This document shows positions 30,959 through 42,093 of a stretch of DNA of 64,000 nt, in pieces. The translations under genes and the position numbers were made by a program. The notes beneath the pieces are model-generated. The model saw nothing but the letters and a program-made list of their open reading frames with translations, was not told the origin of the DNA and searched no databases. Positions within the stretch are counted from its first letter, which is position 1; the number at the start of each line of letters is the position of its first letter. The stretch is from NCBI GenBank assembly GCA_900544135.1, contig UQTU01000001.1:47678-111677 (forward strand). The letters run 5' to 3'. Origin of the DNA: an uncultured Collinsella sp. (GTDB lineage Bacteria; Actinomycetota; Coriobacteriia; Coriobacteriales; Coriobacteriaceae).

Positions 30959-31027
30959 CAGTTGCGGTGAAATGCGGACTGTTTGGCGGCTTTTTTGGCC
31001 AAAACAGTCCGTATTCCACCGCAAGTT
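30959..31027. repeat. Palindromic element family member E1 (about 25-bp arms, U-rich loop) directly downstream of addA
   Basis: agttgcggtgaaatgcggactgttt, loop ggcggcttttttggcc, then aaaacagtccgtattccaccgcaagtt. Diverged copy of E2 and E3. Confidence 0.6.
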
Positions 31028-31036
31028 ATCTGAGGG

Positions 31037-34000
31037 CTAGAGGTTGTAGGTGACCACTTGAGGTTCGGCGGGTTCGACGAAGATGGTTGGATCCGGCTGC
31101 TCCACGCGGACGAACTTGACGGTCACGGCCTCAAAGCCCGCCTTGTGCAACACGTCGGCGTAAACGCGCGCCTGCAGGGCGTGCTTCTCGAGCAGCTGGT
31201 CCGGCGTCTCGTCCGGCGTGCCGCCCGTCTTGTAATCAATGACCAGGGCGCGCGACGGATCGGCCGGGTCGGTGGCCAGTGCATCGATGGCGCCCTCGGC
31301 ATAGGCACCGTAGCGAGCGATGTCCTCGTCCTCGCAGCCCAGCGAAAAGAACGGCACCTCGGCGCGAACGCACGGCCACGCGAGCAGGTCGGCACGAACA
31401 GCCGACTTGAGCCAGCGGTCCAGGGCAACGTCGAAGCGTTCGCGCTGCTCCGGCGTCAGGCGCCACAAGCGTGCCAGCGCATCGGCACGCGCGGCGGGCA
31501 ACGCGTCGGCACCCATCTCGATGAGCCACTGGCAGGCGGCGTGGAAGGCCGAGCCCAGCGCCATGGGATTGCCGGCGGGCTCGACAGCGGCCACGTCTGC
31601 ATCGGTTATTTCCGAGCCATCCGACTCTGCATCATCGCCGGACTCGTCCATGGGAACACGAGCCTCGGCGGCACGGTCTTCCGTCTCGGCATGGAGCGCC
31701 GCGGCGATTGACGAGTAGCTATACGAGTCACGCGCCGGGAACGGACAGGTGCCCATGCGCACGCCCACTGCCTGGGGATACACAAGCTCAAACGAATCGG
31801 GCTTGGGGTCGGCAGGACCGGGGACGATTGTGCTGGCCGAATCGTCGGCAGCATCTGCATCGGCATCGCCACGAACAAGCCTGCCCTCGGCATCCAGCGA
31901 AGCGTTGGCCTCAAACGCCTGCTCGCCAAAGGTAAAGTCCGAAAGCGAAATGAGCTCGTAGTCGCCCGGCTGGGAGTTGTCGAACACCAGGCGGTCGGCA
32001 TCGAGCTGCGGCATGTCCAGAGCGTCGGTCGGCAAAATACGGCGCAGCACATCGTAGGTCAGATCGGTCTCGACGTCGAAGGTCGGCGCCGTCACCTTGC
32101 CACGGCTCACGCCGGCATCCATCGCCAAGATCACCAGCTCGCGCGCACGCGTCATGGCAACGTAGAGCAAGCGGGCCCGCTCCTCGAGCGAAAGCTGCAG
32201 ATCATCGTTGCGCAGGCGAGCAAATGCCTCGGCAGGAGAACCCGTCGCGCAGACATCCTCCATGAGCTCCGGCGGCAACCACAGCGACGTGCCCTTGCCC
32301 TTAAACGCATGCTCAAACTGCTTTTTGACGTCATCGCCCTTCACAAAGGTCCCATCGGCGAGCTTAACGCCATCAAAACGAGCTGGCAGTGCCACGACCT
32401 GCGCTCCGCCCTCGACACGCCCCATATGAGCCGCACCGGACGGCTTGCGCACGCCAAAACACTCGGCAACCGCTACGACCGGATACTCCAGACCCTTGGA
32501 CGCATGCACGGTCATGATGCGCACCGCGCCGTCGCCCTCCTCGTTGAGGGCACCCGGGGCTTCCTTGCCCGCCAAGAAGCGGTCGAAGGCCAGCGCGATG
32601 GAACGCGGCGAGTTACCGAACTCGGCCTCCGCCTCGGCCACGGCGTCGAGCGCCTTGAGCACGTTGGCGGCAATGGCCTTGCCCTCGGGACCGCGCTGTG
32701 CCAGACGCACAAACCAGCCGGAGGCGTTGACCACGTCGCGCGCGATGGCGGCGAACGAATCGCGGCCCACGCGACGAAGCGCATACCGCAGCACCTCGCG
32801 GGCGCGCGTCACGAGCGGCAGATCTTGCAGACCCGGCACGTCGAAATCACTCATGATGCCCGCGTCGATATTCCGGCGCGAGGTCTCCCCCGTCTCGCTA
32901 TCGAGCTTGGTCGCCAGCGCCAGGAACTCCTGAGCGCCGAGCGCAAACATCGGCGAGGCGAGCAGCGGCATAAGGCCCTGCGCCGTATCGGCCGGATTGG
33001 CGAGCGCACATACCAGGGCGCGCACCGTCTGCACCTCGGCTGCCTGGGCAAAGACCGAACCACCCGCGATGACGCAGTCGAGCCCCTGGTCGCGGAAGGC
33101 CTGGGCGTAGACGTCGGCGTTGGTCATGCGGCCCAGCAGCAGCACCATGCCGCCCTGGGGCTGGCCGGCATCGGCAAGCGCGCGGAAGCGCTCGGCGATC
33201 GCACGGGCCTTGGCCTGCGTGCGCTCCTGCGTACTGCCGCCGGCAACAAAGAGGGCCTGGCGACGCGAGGCGTCTGTCACCAGCGTGTCCTTGCGGCCGT
33301 CGCTCGCTTCAAGATCCAAAAAGCCCTGCATCAGGCCGCCGTCATCGCCGTCGAAGACGCGTGCCACGTAACGCAGCACCTCGTCATGGCTGCGGAAGTT
33401 GCGCACGAGCTTGACGAGTTCGCCGGCAGGGGCGTCGGCCACGGCAGTCGCCTCGGGCGCGGCAGACGAGCCCACCTTGCGCTCCTGACGACGGAACACC
33501 TCGACCTCGGCGCCACGGAAGCGATAGATGGACTGCTGCGCATCGCCCACGGTGCACAGCGCGCGCTCCCCCGCACCCGTCAGGTAGCGTATCAGATCGA
33601 CCTGCATCTGGTCGGTATCCTGAAACTCATCGATCATGACCATCTTAAAGCGGCCCTCGTACGCAGCACGGATGGCCGGGTAATCGCGCAGGGCCTCGTA
33701 GGCCATACGCAGCAGGTCGTTATTATCGAGGGCGGACTGGGCAGCCTTCAGCGCGCGATACTCGGCCTCCACGGAACGGGCCAGGCCCACCAGCGCATCG
33801 AGCGCCGGGGCACCGCAGGCAAGCACGATATTGATAAACGCATCGGCGGCCTCGGCCTTGAGCAGCTCGACCTGCTCCTTAGGGAATGCCTGGCTCGCGC
33901 GCGGCATGGTGCATGACATCATGAGTCGCGCCGCATCGACCATGGTCTTGCCGCTCGCCTCGAACGCGTCGATGGCATCGAGCGCCGTCTGCGCCTTCTC

Positions 34001-34669
34001 GGTCGCGGCCTTGCTTGCGCCCAGCGCCGCGCGATAGGCATCGGCGAGTGCCGAGGTATCGGCCTGGCCGCGCGCCACGCGCACGTCGTCCATACCGCCC
34101 GGCAACTGGCTCGACAGCTCCAGCAGGTCGCGCACCAGACCCTTGATGGTCGTACCGCCGCCAAAGGAACCGCCCTCGCCCGCCATGGGATACCAGGCAT
34201 AGAGGGCCTTGAGCGATGCCGCGAGCTCGGGGGCGGCATCGGGTGCCGTCGCGCGACCCAGCACATGCTCAACAGCCTGGTCCATGAGCTCGTCGGTATC
34301 GGTGAGCACCGTGAACTCGGGGTCGATGCCCAGCTCCAGCGCGTGCGCGCGCAGGATACGCGAGCACATGCCGTGAATGGTCGAAATCCACGCGTCGTCG
34401 ACGGTCAGTGCTTCCTCGTCCATGCCCTCGTCGATAAGCGCACGGCGCACGCGGTCGCGAATCTCGGCCGCGGCATCTTTGGTAAAGGTAATGGCGAGCA
34501 CCTGGTCCAGATGCTCAACGAACGGACCGGATTCGGGCGAGAGCGCATAGACGATGCGGCGCGTGAGGGTAAAGGTCTTACCCGAACCGGCGCCCGCCGA
34601 GACAAACAGCGGGCGGTCGAGCGTTTTGACAATCTGCAGCTGTTGCGGCATCAAAGTCGAAAGATCCAT
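31037..34669 (-). CDS. addA: ATP-dependent helicase/nuclease subunit A (UvrD-family helicase with C-terminal PD-(D/E)XK nuclease; AddA/AdnB-like)
   Basis: UvrD motif I (AGAGSGKTFTLT), helicase domains, and a C-terminal nuclease motif (ALVIDYKTG). Confidence 0.8.
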   Translation of the reverse strand: MDLSTLMPQQLQIVKTLDRPLFVSAGAGSGKTFTLTRRIVYALSPESGPFVEHLDQVLAITFTKDAAAEIRDRVRRALIDEGMDEEALTVDDAWISTIHGMCSRILRAHALELGIDPEFTVLTDTDELMDQAVEHVLGRATAPDAAPELAASLKALYAWYPMAGEGGSFGGGTTIKGLVRDLLELSSQLPGGMDDVRVARGQADTSALADAYRAALGASKAATEKAQTALDAIDAFEASGKTMVDAARLMMSCTMPRASQAFPKEQVELLKAEAADAFINIVLACGAPALDALVGLARSVEAEYRALKAAQSALDNNDLLRMAYEALRDYPAIRAAYEGRFKMVMIDEFQDTDQMQVDLIRYLTGAGERALCTVGDAQQSIYRFRGAEVEVFRRQERKVGSSAAPEATAVADAPAGELVKLVRNFRSHDEVLRYVARVFDGDDGGLMQGFLDLEASDGRKDTLVTDASRRQALFVAGGSTQERTQAKARAIAERFRALADAGQPQGGMVLLLGRMTNADVYAQAFRDQGLDCVIAGGSVFAQAAEVQTVRALVCALANPADTAQGLMPLLASPMFALGAQEFLALATKLDSETGETSRRNIDAGIMSDFDVPGLQDLPLVTRAREVLRYALRRVGRDSFAAIARDVVNASGWFVRLAQRGPEGKAIAANVLKALDAVAEAEAEFGNSPRSIALAFDRFLAGKEAPGALNEEGDGAVRIMTVHASKGLEYPVVAVAECFGVRKPSGAAHMGRVEGGAQVVALPARFDGVKLADGTFVKGDDVKKQFEHAFKGKGTSLWLPPELMEDVCATGSPAEAFARLRNDDLQLSLEERARLLYVAMTRARELVILAMDAGVSRGKVTAPTFDVETDLTYDVLRRILPTDALDMPQLDADRLVFDNSQPGDYELISLSDFTFGEQAFEANASLDAEGRLVRGDADADAADDSASTIVPGPADPKPDSFELVYPQAVGVRMGTCPFPARDSYSYSSIAAALHAETEDRAAEARVPMDESGDDAESDGSEITDADVAAVEPAGNPMALGSAFHAACQWLIEMGADALPAARADALARLWRLTPEQRERFDVALDRWLKSAVRADLLAWPCVRAEVPFFSLGCEDEDIARYGAYAEGAIDALATDPADPSRALVIDYKTGGTPDETPDQLLEKHALQARVYADVLHKAGFEAVTVKFVRVEQPDPTIFVEPAEPQVVTYNL

Positions 34670-34672
34670 GGT

Positions 34673-37600
34673 CTACACGTCCCTCCTTACAAACGTTCCT
34701 TCGTGGTTATACGAGCAGCGCGCATGCGCGGCCTGAGCCGACGCCGGGTCGACGGCGGCAACGTTGCCCGCCTCGAGCTCGCGCAGGCGCTCGGCGATGC
34801 CGGCCTCCACGCGATCGAGCAGGGCATCGAAGTCCATGCTGCCGCCCTCGCCCGGGAAGCCCTTCTTGAGGCCCGGGATGCGACCGTCACCGCGCTCTTC
34901 CTCGAGCAACTCGGCGCTCGCCGCACCGCGCAGCGCGGGCTTGCCGCCCTTGGTCGAAAAATAGAGCGCTGCACGGGTATCCAAGCCCAGTGCCCGACGC
35001 ATGGCCTGCGCGTAGATGAGCGTTTGGGTATGGGGCGGCAGCCAGCGCGGGTCGTCGATGGGGGCCTCGCCCGTCTCCTCGTCACGCACCGTGGGGTCGG
35101 CAAGCTTAAACTCCTCGACACCCGAACGATGCTTGTAGTCGATTACCACGGCGCGATTCTCGGCATCCACATCTACGCGGTCGATGCGCCCGCCGAGCGG
35201 CCAACCGGCATACTCGACCTGGAGCTCGTTGAACGCAAACTCCAGGTAGCGCGGAGCGAAGGGGGTGAGCGCCTCGGACTCGTAGGCAAGCACGCCCTCC
35301 AACTGCGGCAGAATCTCGGCCACCTGACGCTCCTCCACTGGAGAGAGCGGCACCAGCGGGCCCTCGGTACCGCGCTTGCCGGCGTGCTCGGCCAGGGTCT
35401 CGGCAAAGACCTCGTGCAGCAGCTCCTTCGCGCGCGGCAGATTCATGGGCGTCACGCGCTCCATGCCCTCTTGGGGCAGACGGGCATGCAGATGTTCCAG
35501 CACGTCGTGGACGAAGTTGCCCTTCTCCATGTTGCCAAAGCCCGCGTCGATAGACTGGGGCTTGACGCGATACGAGACAAACCAGCACAGCGGGCAAGTG
35601 GAATAAGCCTCGATCTGCGAGGCGGACGTCAGACGCGGCACGAGCGGCGCGCCCTCGCCCTCGCCGTCACGACGGCGCAGGACCAAATACGGCACGGCCT
35701 CGGCACTCAGATGCTGAGGGGCTTCACAGGTCACGCGCTCGCGCTTGAGGCCTTCGCCTGCCGCGGGATCGAAGTCCCTTACGATATCGCCCTCACCCAC
35801 GCACTTCGCCTTGTCGGCGTCAGCGGCCTTGTCGGCGTCAGCTGCCTTGTCGGCGTCTGCGGCCTTAGCAGCTTCAGCAACCTCGGCATGCGCCCGCAAC
35901 TCGGTCCACACGGCAGCCGGATAGCACTCGCGCGCCTGGCGATCGTGCGTCACGCGCGCAAGCGAAACCGGGCCGCGTGCCACCTGCATCGCGTGGCCAA
36001 AGCGCACGCGCAGCAAGGCCGCGGGCTCAAGCGTCACGCCCTCGCGACCAAGGCTCGCCGTCAGCGTAGCCAGCGGTCCCTCCTCGTGCGAGAGCGGATA
36101 GCTGTCCAGATCGACATCGGCAAACAGCACAGCATCGTAGCTGCCGGGGCGCAGAGCCGCCGCATCGGCAAGCGAAGCAAAACGAACCTGAGCACGTGGC
36201 GCACGGTCAACCTCGTAGGTCTCGTAATCGTAGGCGGTACTACGCTTGTCCACCTTGGTGCGAATGCCATCGAGCACGGGCACGATCGCGGCCTGCGACA
36301 CGTCGAGCGCGCGGGCGCCATTCATAAGGATGCCGATGACGTGGCGCAGCAGGGCCACCTCCGCTTGGCGACGGGCTTGGCCATCCAAGCTGCCCAGCGA
36401 GCGATCGGGCAACGCCTCGGCAACGGCAAGCATGGCCTTGAGCGCCGTCACGGGCTTGTCACGCCACAGCGCCTGGAACACGTCCGAGACCACGCACGGC
36501 ACGTTCTTAAACCAGTTCTCGTCGCTCGCCGCCTTGCGCGCGCCCCTCACCTGGCCTTGGACGCTCTGCAGCAGGCTCTTAACGCCCGCGGTAGTCTTGC
36601 TGCGCGAGAGACGCATATTCTTATCGAAGGTACGGGCATTGACGGCATCAGCGCCCGAAAGCGGACTGTAAATCCAGTCGGTAAGCTCCGGCGCGGGCCA
36701 CCACTCAGTCTTAGAAGCTGCCCCTTCGTCGGCGGCCTTCATACGCTCGATCAGGTTGGCGAGCGCCGTGAACTGCCTGCCCGCAATGGATTGAGAAAAC
36801 GCCGTGAACTCAACTGTCTCGGCAGCGATATGACGAGCCGCCAGACGAGAGGCGAGCTCACCGAACAGCTGGGGTGCCCGGGCAGAAACAACGAGCACGC
36901 GTACGGGGTCGGCGGGCGTTGCAGCAGCCTTATCGTCCTTGGACTCCTTGTGCGTTTTCGCCAACTTATCGATGGCGTCCGCATAAGCATGGGCACGGGC
37001 ATGGGGGCCGGCGACCTCAATAAAGGCAGGCTGAGCGGCGGTCCCGCAAGCGGCATCAGACGCGACGGCGTCCTCCCTCAGCGGCGCGGCCTCGAACAGC
37101 ACACCGCGGGCATCAAATGCCGCGGCAAGCTCCTCGCGCATCGCCGCCTGCTCGCAGGCAAGCAGTACGACGACCTCTCCCCCATTGTTCGCCACGGCAG
37201 ACAGCAGCTCGAGCAGGCCGTGCGTAAACGACGTGATACCGCGCACGCATACGGCGCGGGTGCACGCCGGCAGGTTATCGGCCAGGGCATCGGCCATAAT
37301 GTCAGCCGCCTCGCAGGGCTCGACCATATCTCGACGGTCCAAACCGCGCGCATAGGCGCACAAAAGTTCAAACACGCGAGCCTCGGCGTCGCTTTTGGGC
37401 TTGGGCTTGCAAACGTTGTCGCAGCAACGCTCGGTGCCTGTCCCTGCCACACCCGGCAGCACATCGCGAGCCATACGCGCGAGCATACGCACCGTGCCCT
37501 GGCTGCGCGAAAGCGGCTGCAGGTCGGCGTCGTCGAGGCGCGCTACCATGTCCGAAAACAGCATCTGGCGCTGCAGGTTGTCGACGAAACCGCGCCCGTC

Positions 37601-37825
37601 GCCCAAAAGCTCCCAAAGCGAGCGAAGCCACGATGTAGGCGTCTTGTAGTCAATACCCAGCGAAACGCCGGCTTCCGCCGCATCATGACGGCACAGGTCG
37701 AGCTCAGCAAACGTTGGCGCCAGCAGCACGGCACGCCCGTGGCGGGCAATAAGGTCGGCAAGCAGCGCCGCCTCGGCATCGCTCAAATCCGCGCCGGCGT
37801 TGGTGGTATAGATTCGAACAGGCAT
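34673..37825 (-). CDS. addB: Helicase/nuclease subunit B (AddB/RexB/AdnA-like) with C-terminal PD-(D/E)XK nuclease
   Basis: Large protein immediately upstream of addA and overlapping it. Nuclease motif (VVIDYKHRSG). SD GGAGGA upstream of the ATG. Confidence 0.75.
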   Translation of the reverse strand: MPVRIYTTNAGADLSDAEAALLADLIARHGRAVLLAPTFAELDLCRHDAAEAGVSLGIDYKTPTSWLRSLWELLGDGRGFVDNLQRQMLFSDMVARLDDADLQPLSRSQGTVRMLARMARDVLPGVAGTGTERCCDNVCKPKPKSDAEARVFELLCAYARGLDRRDMVEPCEAADIMADALADNLPACTRAVCVRGITSFTHGLLELLSAVANNGGEVVVLLACEQAAMREELAAAFDARGVLFEAAPLREDAVASDAACGTAAQPAFIEVAGPHARAHAYADAIDKLAKTHKESKDDKAAATPADPVRVLVVSARAPQLFGELASRLAARHIAAETVEFTAFSQSIAGRQFTALANLIERMKAADEGAASKTEWWPAPELTDWIYSPLSGADAVNARTFDKNMRLSRSKTTAGVKSLLQSVQGQVRGARKAASDENWFKNVPCVVSDVFQALWRDKPVTALKAMLAVAEALPDRSLGSLDGQARRQAEVALLRHVIGILMNGARALDVSQAAIVPVLDGIRTKVDKRSTAYDYETYEVDRAPRAQVRFASLADAAALRPGSYDAVLFADVDLDSYPLSHEEGPLATLTASLGREGVTLEPAALLRVRFGHAMQVARGPVSLARVTHDRQARECYPAAVWTELRAHAEVAEAAKAADADKAADADKAADADKAKCVGEGDIVRDFDPAAGEGLKRERVTCEAPQHLSAEAVPYLVLRRRDGEGEGAPLVPRLTSASQIEAYSTCPLCWFVSYRVKPQSIDAGFGNMEKGNFVHDVLEHLHARLPQEGMERVTPMNLPRAKELLHEVFAETLAEHAGKRGTEGPLVPLSPVEERQVAEILPQLEGVLAYESEALTPFAPRYLEFAFNELQVEYAGWPLGGRIDRVDVDAENRAVVIDYKHRSGVEEFKLADPTVRDEETGEAPIDDPRWLPPHTQTLIYAQAMRRALGLDTRAALYFSTKGGKPALRGAASAELLEEERGDGRIPGLKKGFPGEGGSMDFDALLDRVEAGIAERLRELEAGNVAAVDPASAQAAHARCSYNHEGTFVRRDV

Positions 37826-37922
37826 GGTCCTCCACTCAAACCGTTCGCAATATTCAATGTTTCCATCCTACCCGCCCGCGCGGACAGATTTGCCCCACGC
37901 CAACAGATTTGACCCCTTGGAG

Positions 37923-37982
37923 ACGGAGGAAAATGGATCACCGAGGAGGTCAGTCTAACCCAGCGATCCGTTTTCCTCCGTC
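37923..37982. repeat. 18-bp inverted repeat (gacggaggaaaatggatc / gatccgttttcctccgtc) with a 24-nt loop, between the yerC-like gene and addB
   Basis: Near-perfect IR with one mismatch. Preceded by a direct repeat cagatttgMcccc (two copies). Confidence 0.4.
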
Positions 37983-38046
37983 CCCAAAGGATCAAAAAAC
38001 CGCCCCCGAAGGGACGGTTCTGCGCAATTCGTTTGTTGCCGCTGGC

Positions 38047-38346
38047 CTACTCGCCATCCTCCAGTTTGATGAGGATCTTGCGATAGCCGCCGTACTCGCC
38101 GTTGAGTGCCTTTGAAACGCGGCTCACCGTAGTGGACGAAGCGCCGGTGCGGGCCTGAACCTCAACATAAGGCTCGCCCTCATCCAGATAACGCGCAACC
38201 TGCAGACGCTGCGATAGATCGCAGATCTCGCGCGGCGTGCAGATATCGGTCAAAAACGCTTGGATATCCTTCTCGTCATCCAAAAGACTAAATGCGTGGA
38301 CCAGCTGCTTGACATCAGGCTTGTCAAACATGTTCTCGATATTCAT
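38047..38346 (-). CDS. YerC/YecD-family TrpR-like DNA-binding protein
   Basis: 99-aa protein with the TrpR-like HTH pattern (QRLQVARYLDEGEPYVEVQARTGASSTTVSRV). Confidence 0.65.
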   Translation of the reverse strand: MNIENMFDKPDVKQLVHAFSLLDDEKDIQAFLTDICTPREICDLSQRLQVARYLDEGEPYVEVQARTGASSTTVSRVSKALNGEYGGYRKILIKLEDGE

Positions 38347-38670
38347 CGATCACCGCCAAACCCGCCAAAAGGCATCGAAGTTGATACTGACATCGGGCAT
38401 CGTTCGCCCGTTCTATGCAATAGGGCAACGCGTGTGGCTTTTGCCCGTAGCAGTTTAGCACACCACCAAACTAAAGCGACAAAACTCTCTGCCAGCGGCG
38501 CATTTTCTAGGACGAACGCCGTTTTGAAACCGAATGCGCACGTAAGCTCCACGAATATCTGAGACAATGGGCGGCCGAACAAGGCGGCACACCCGAGCGG
38601 CCGTCCAAGCTGCCGCAGCAAACCGCTTCACGCGACACTGACGCACCCTGCGCAAGAAAGGATTCACACC

Positions 38671-39036
38671 ATGCGCTTTATGCTTAACTGGCTCTTTACC
38701 TCGATCGCCATCGCGATTGCCACGTTCCTCGTTCCCGGCATCCAGCCCTTCGGTTTTGCCGAGGCCTGGGTCTGTTTCGCCTTCGTGGGACTGTTCCTGA
38801 ACATCGTCGATTCGCTCGTCAAGCCGTTCCTGACGGTCATCTCGCTGCCGCTCACGATCATTACGCTGGGTATTTTTCAGCTCGTAGTCAACAGCTTTAT
38901 GCTCGAGCTGGCCAGCTATCTGTCGGTCAATCTGCTGGGCGCGGGTATCTCCATCGCCAGCTTTGGATCGGCCTTTATGGGCAGCATCCTGGTGTCCATC
39001 ATGCGCAGCATCCTCGACAGCATCGCCGAGGGCTAA
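38671..39036 (+). CDS. Small four-TM membrane protein (DUF360/YvlD-like, putative holin-like)
   Basis: 121 aa, highly hydrophobic with four predicted TM segments. The family call is by pattern only. Confidence 0.5.
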   Translation: MRFMLNWLFTSIAIAIATFLVPGIQPFGFAEAWVCFAFVGLFLNIVDSLVKPFLTVISLPLTIITLGIFQLVVNSFMLELASYLSVNLLGAGISIASFGSAFMGSILVSIMRSILDSIAEG

Positions 39037-39176
39037 AACGGCCATTCCGGCCGCGCCCGTCTCAACAGCCCAAAACGAAGGCCGCCCATCGCAAAAATGG
39101 GCGGCCTTCTTATTTGCCAAGTCTCAAAGGGCGAGAGAATCTGCCATTTCCACCCCGTCCCCAAATGGCAGGTGGG

Positions 39177-39605
39177 CTAGATCACGTAGTCGTAGCCTTC
39201 GTTGGGAGCGACAAGTTGATCGAGCGTCACACCGTCGAGGTAGTCGTTGATAAGCTTGTCCAGGTTCTTCCACACGTCGAGCGTGGGGCACTCGTCAGAG
39301 CGCGAACAACCCTTGCAGTCGCCATCCAGGCAGGCGACCGGCGCCAGGCTGCCCTCGGTCAGGCGCAAGATCTCGCCCACCGTGTACTGCTCGGGCGGGC
39401 GCGTGAGCACATAGCCGCCGCCCTTGCCGCGCATGCCCGAGAGCATGTTGGCGCGCACGAGCGTAGCCAGAATATTCTCGAGGTACTTCTCCGAAATACC
39501 CTGACGCGCCGCAATCTCTTTAAGCGGGATGCGGCCTGTCGCCTGGTGCTCGGCCAGGTCGACCATAACGCGCAGGGCATATCTGCCCTTTGTGGAAACC
39601 AACAT
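39177..39605 (-). CDS. Rrf2-family transcriptional regulator (CymR/IscR-like), divergent from cysK
   Basis: MLVSTKGRYALRVMVDLAE HTH region and conserved GxxGGY motif (RGKGGGYVLTRPPEQYTVGEILRLTEG). Confidence 0.8.
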   Translation of the reverse strand: MLVSTKGRYALRVMVDLAEHQATGRIPLKEIAARQGISEKYLENILATLVRANMLSGMRGKGGGYVLTRPPEQYTVGEILRLTEGSLAPVACLDGDCKGCSRSDECPTLDVWKNLDKLINDYLDGVTLDQLVAPNEGYDYVI

Positions 39606-39858
39606 ATATATAGCTGCCTTTCGGTCTTTTAATTCGTAGAAATTCTAGCCGAAAAATTGGTTTTGAAAATACCTATTCCCGTCAAGATTGTTAATCGACT
39701 CGTAATAATCTTCTATTTCCTATTGCGTTACTAGGCTTTACTGTCTACTATGCTTGCCAACAGCAAAACGAACAACCTATAAGGTTTGTGGGTTTCGCTG
39801 CTACACACACCGTAAAACCACACGGTATCCAGTCATTTGAACACTTTGGAGGTTCACC

Positions 39859-40797
39859 ATGAGCAATGTTTACACGTCCATCGATCAGCTTATCGGCCAC
39901 ACCCCGCTTCTGGAGCTCACCCACTTCGAGGCCGACGAGGACCTCAAGGCCCGTGTGCTCGTCAAACTGGAATACTTCAACCCCGCCGGGTCCGTCAAAG
40001 ACCGCGTCGCCAAGAACATGATTGACGAGGCCGAGAAGGCCGGCAAGCTCGTGCGCGGTGGCGACTACACCATCATCGAGCCCACGAGCGGCAACACCGG
40101 CGTCGGCATCGCTTCGGTGGCGGCGGCCCGCGGCTACAAGGTGATCATCACCATGCCCGAGACCATGTCCGTCGAGCGCCGCAAGCTGATGCAGGCATAC
40201 GGTGCGCAGCTCGTGCTCACCGACGGCTCCAAAGGCATGAAGGGCGCTATCGCCAAGGCCGAAGAGTTGCAGAAGGAGACCCCCAACAGCATCATCGCCG
40301 GCCAGTTTGTGAACCCCGCGAACCCGGCCATTCACAAGGCCACGACCGGCCCCGAGATCTGGGACGACACCGACGGCAAGGTCGACATCTTCGTCGCCGG
40401 CGTCGGCACCGGCGGCACCGTGACCGGCGTGGGCGAGTTCCTCAAGGAGCAAAACCCCGAGATTCAGGTCGTCGCCGTCGAGCCCGCCACCTCCCCGGTG
40501 CTCTCCAAGGGCCAGGCCGGCCCGCATAAGATCCAGGGTATCGGTGCCGGCTTTGTGCCCGACGTCCTCGACACCCAGGTCTACGACGAGATCATCCCCG
40601 TCGAGAACGACGACGCCTTTGCCACCGGCCGCGCCGTGGGCCACAAGGAGGGCGTGCTCGTGGGCATTTCGTCCGGCGCCGCCGTGTGGGCCGCCCTACA
40701 GCTGGCCAAGCGCCCCGAGAACGAGGGCAAGACCATCGTGGCGCTGCTCGCCGACACCGGCGAGCGCTACCTGTCCACGGCACTCTTCCAGGACTAG
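39859..40797 (+). CDS. cysK: Cysteine synthase A (O-acetylserine sulfhydrylase)
   Basis: PLP-lysine region ([11 protein letters not shown]), TSGNTGVG and GAGF motifs. SD GGAGG upstream of the ATG. Confidence 0.9.
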   Translation: MSNVYTSIDQLIGHTPLLELTHFEADEDLKARVLVKLEYFNPAGSVKDRVAKNMIDEAEKAGKLVRGGDYTIIEPTSGNTGVGIASVAAARGYKVIITMPETMSVERRKLMQAYGAQLVLTDGSKGMKGAIAKAEELQKETPNSIIAGQFVNPANPAIHKATTGPEIWDDTDGKVDIFVAGVGTGGTVTGVGEFLKEQNPEIQVVAVEPATSPVLSKGQAGPHKIQGIGAGFVPDVLDTQVYDEIIPVENDDAFATGRAVGHKEGVLVGISSGAAVWAALQLAKRPENEGKTIVALLADTGERYLSTALFQD

Positions 40798-40910
40798 AGC
40801 TCTCGTTCTTAGAACGAGTCCAAGGCACGCCGGTCTCCCCTCTCTTCTGGCAGCCTGAGCTCATCCCAACAGGGTGTCCCACAGGACGCCCGAACTTGCT
40901 ACAATGTCTG

Positions 40911-40948
40911 CGGCGCGGAACCAGCCTCCCGCGCCGCTTTTCTTTTTT
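40911..40948 (+). terminator. Rho-independent terminator between cysK and mnmA
   Basis: gcggcgcgg, loop, cgcgccgc, followed by ttttctttttt. Confidence 0.55.
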
Positions 40949-40977
40949 GGCCACATGCCACCAAGGAGAACCTCCCC

Positions 40978-42078
40978 ATGCACAACAAGCGCGTGCTCGT
41001 CGCCATGAGCGGCGGCGTCGATTCCAGCGTGACCGCGTATCTGCTCAAGCGCCAAGGCTACGAATGCGTCGGCGCCACCATGCGCCTCGTCTGCCCCGCG
41101 CCCGATCCCGTCACGGACATGAGCAAAGTCGACCGCGACATCGCCGATGCAAAGGCCGTCGCCGAGCGCCTGGGGATGCCCCACCATGTGCTCGACCTGC
41201 AGCAGACCTTCGACCGCAACGTTATCGAGCGATTTGTGACTGCCTATCAGGAGGGGCTGACGCCCAACCCATGCATCATCTGCAACCGCCATATTAAGTT
41301 TGGCGCGCTGCTCGATGCGGCACTCGATATGGGCTGCGACTACATCGCCACAGGTCACTACGCCAAAACGAGCCAGGCGTCCGACGGAACCTGGCAGCTG
41401 CACCGCGGCGAGGACCCTAAGAAGGACCAGAGCTACTTTTTGTATTCGCTCACGCAGGAGCGACTGTCGCGCACGATCTTTCCGCTGGCTGGGCTGGACA
41501 AAGAGCGCGACGTGCGCCGCATTGCCGCCGAGCAGGGCTTCATAAACGCCAAGAAAGCCGAGAGCGAGGATATCTGCTTTATCGCGGACGGCGACTATGC
41601 GGGCTATATCGAGCGCCGCTGCGGACATGCCGCCGAGCCGGGCGATATTGTATGGCGCGACGGCAGCGTGGTCGGACGCCATAACGGCGCGCTGCGCTAT
41701 ACCATCGGCCAGCGCAAGGGCCTGGGCGTCGCGATGGCGCATCCTGTGTATGTGACGGGCGTCGACGCCGCTAACAACACCGTGCATCTGGGCGAGGCCG
41801 AGGACCTGACGGCCACGGCGCTCACGGCCAACGACTGGATTTGGAGCGCCCCTGCCGACCACATGGAAGCCGAGCTGGATGCCGGCGGCATCCGCGTGGG
41901 CGCCAAGTACCGCTACCGACAGAAAGAGCAGGCAGCGATCCTTACGCGCGGCGAAGACGGGCAAATGTTGCTGACCTTTGACGAGCCGCAGCGAGCCATC
42001 GCCCCCGGCCAGGCAGTCGTTATCTACCGCGGCGACATCGTCCTGGGCGGCGGTACCGTGACCGGCGCCATCAAGTAG
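40978..42078 (+). CDS. mnmA: tRNA-specific 2-thiouridylase MnmA
   Basis: PP-loop motif (VAMSGGVDSSV), catalytic cysteines, and a C-terminal beta-barrel. SD AAGGAG upstream. Confidence 0.9.
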   Translation: MHNKRVLVAMSGGVDSSVTAYLLKRQGYECVGATMRLVCPAPDPVTDMSKVDRDIADAKAVAERLGMPHHVLDLQQTFDRNVIERFVTAYQEGLTPNPCIICNRHIKFGALLDAALDMGCDYIATGHYAKTSQASDGTWQLHRGEDPKKDQSYFLYSLTQERLSRTIFPLAGLDKERDVRRIAAEQGFINAKKAESEDICFIADGDYAGYIERRCGHAAEPGDIVWRDGSVVGRHNGALRYTIGQRKGLGVAMAHPVYVTGVDAANNTVHLGEAEDLTATALTANDWIWSAPADHMEAELDAGGIRVGAKYRYRQKEQAAILTRGEDGQMLLTFDEPQRAIAPGQAVVIYRGDIVLGGGTVTGAIK

Positions 42079-42093
42079 CCCCATCCCCTTCAT

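Noticed and set aside
37909-38115. 68-aa plus-strand ORF overlapping the hairpin at 37923-37982
   Set aside because: It is antisense to the yerC-like gene at its 3' half, and its only support is the GGAGGAAAATGG that forms one arm of the inverted repeat.
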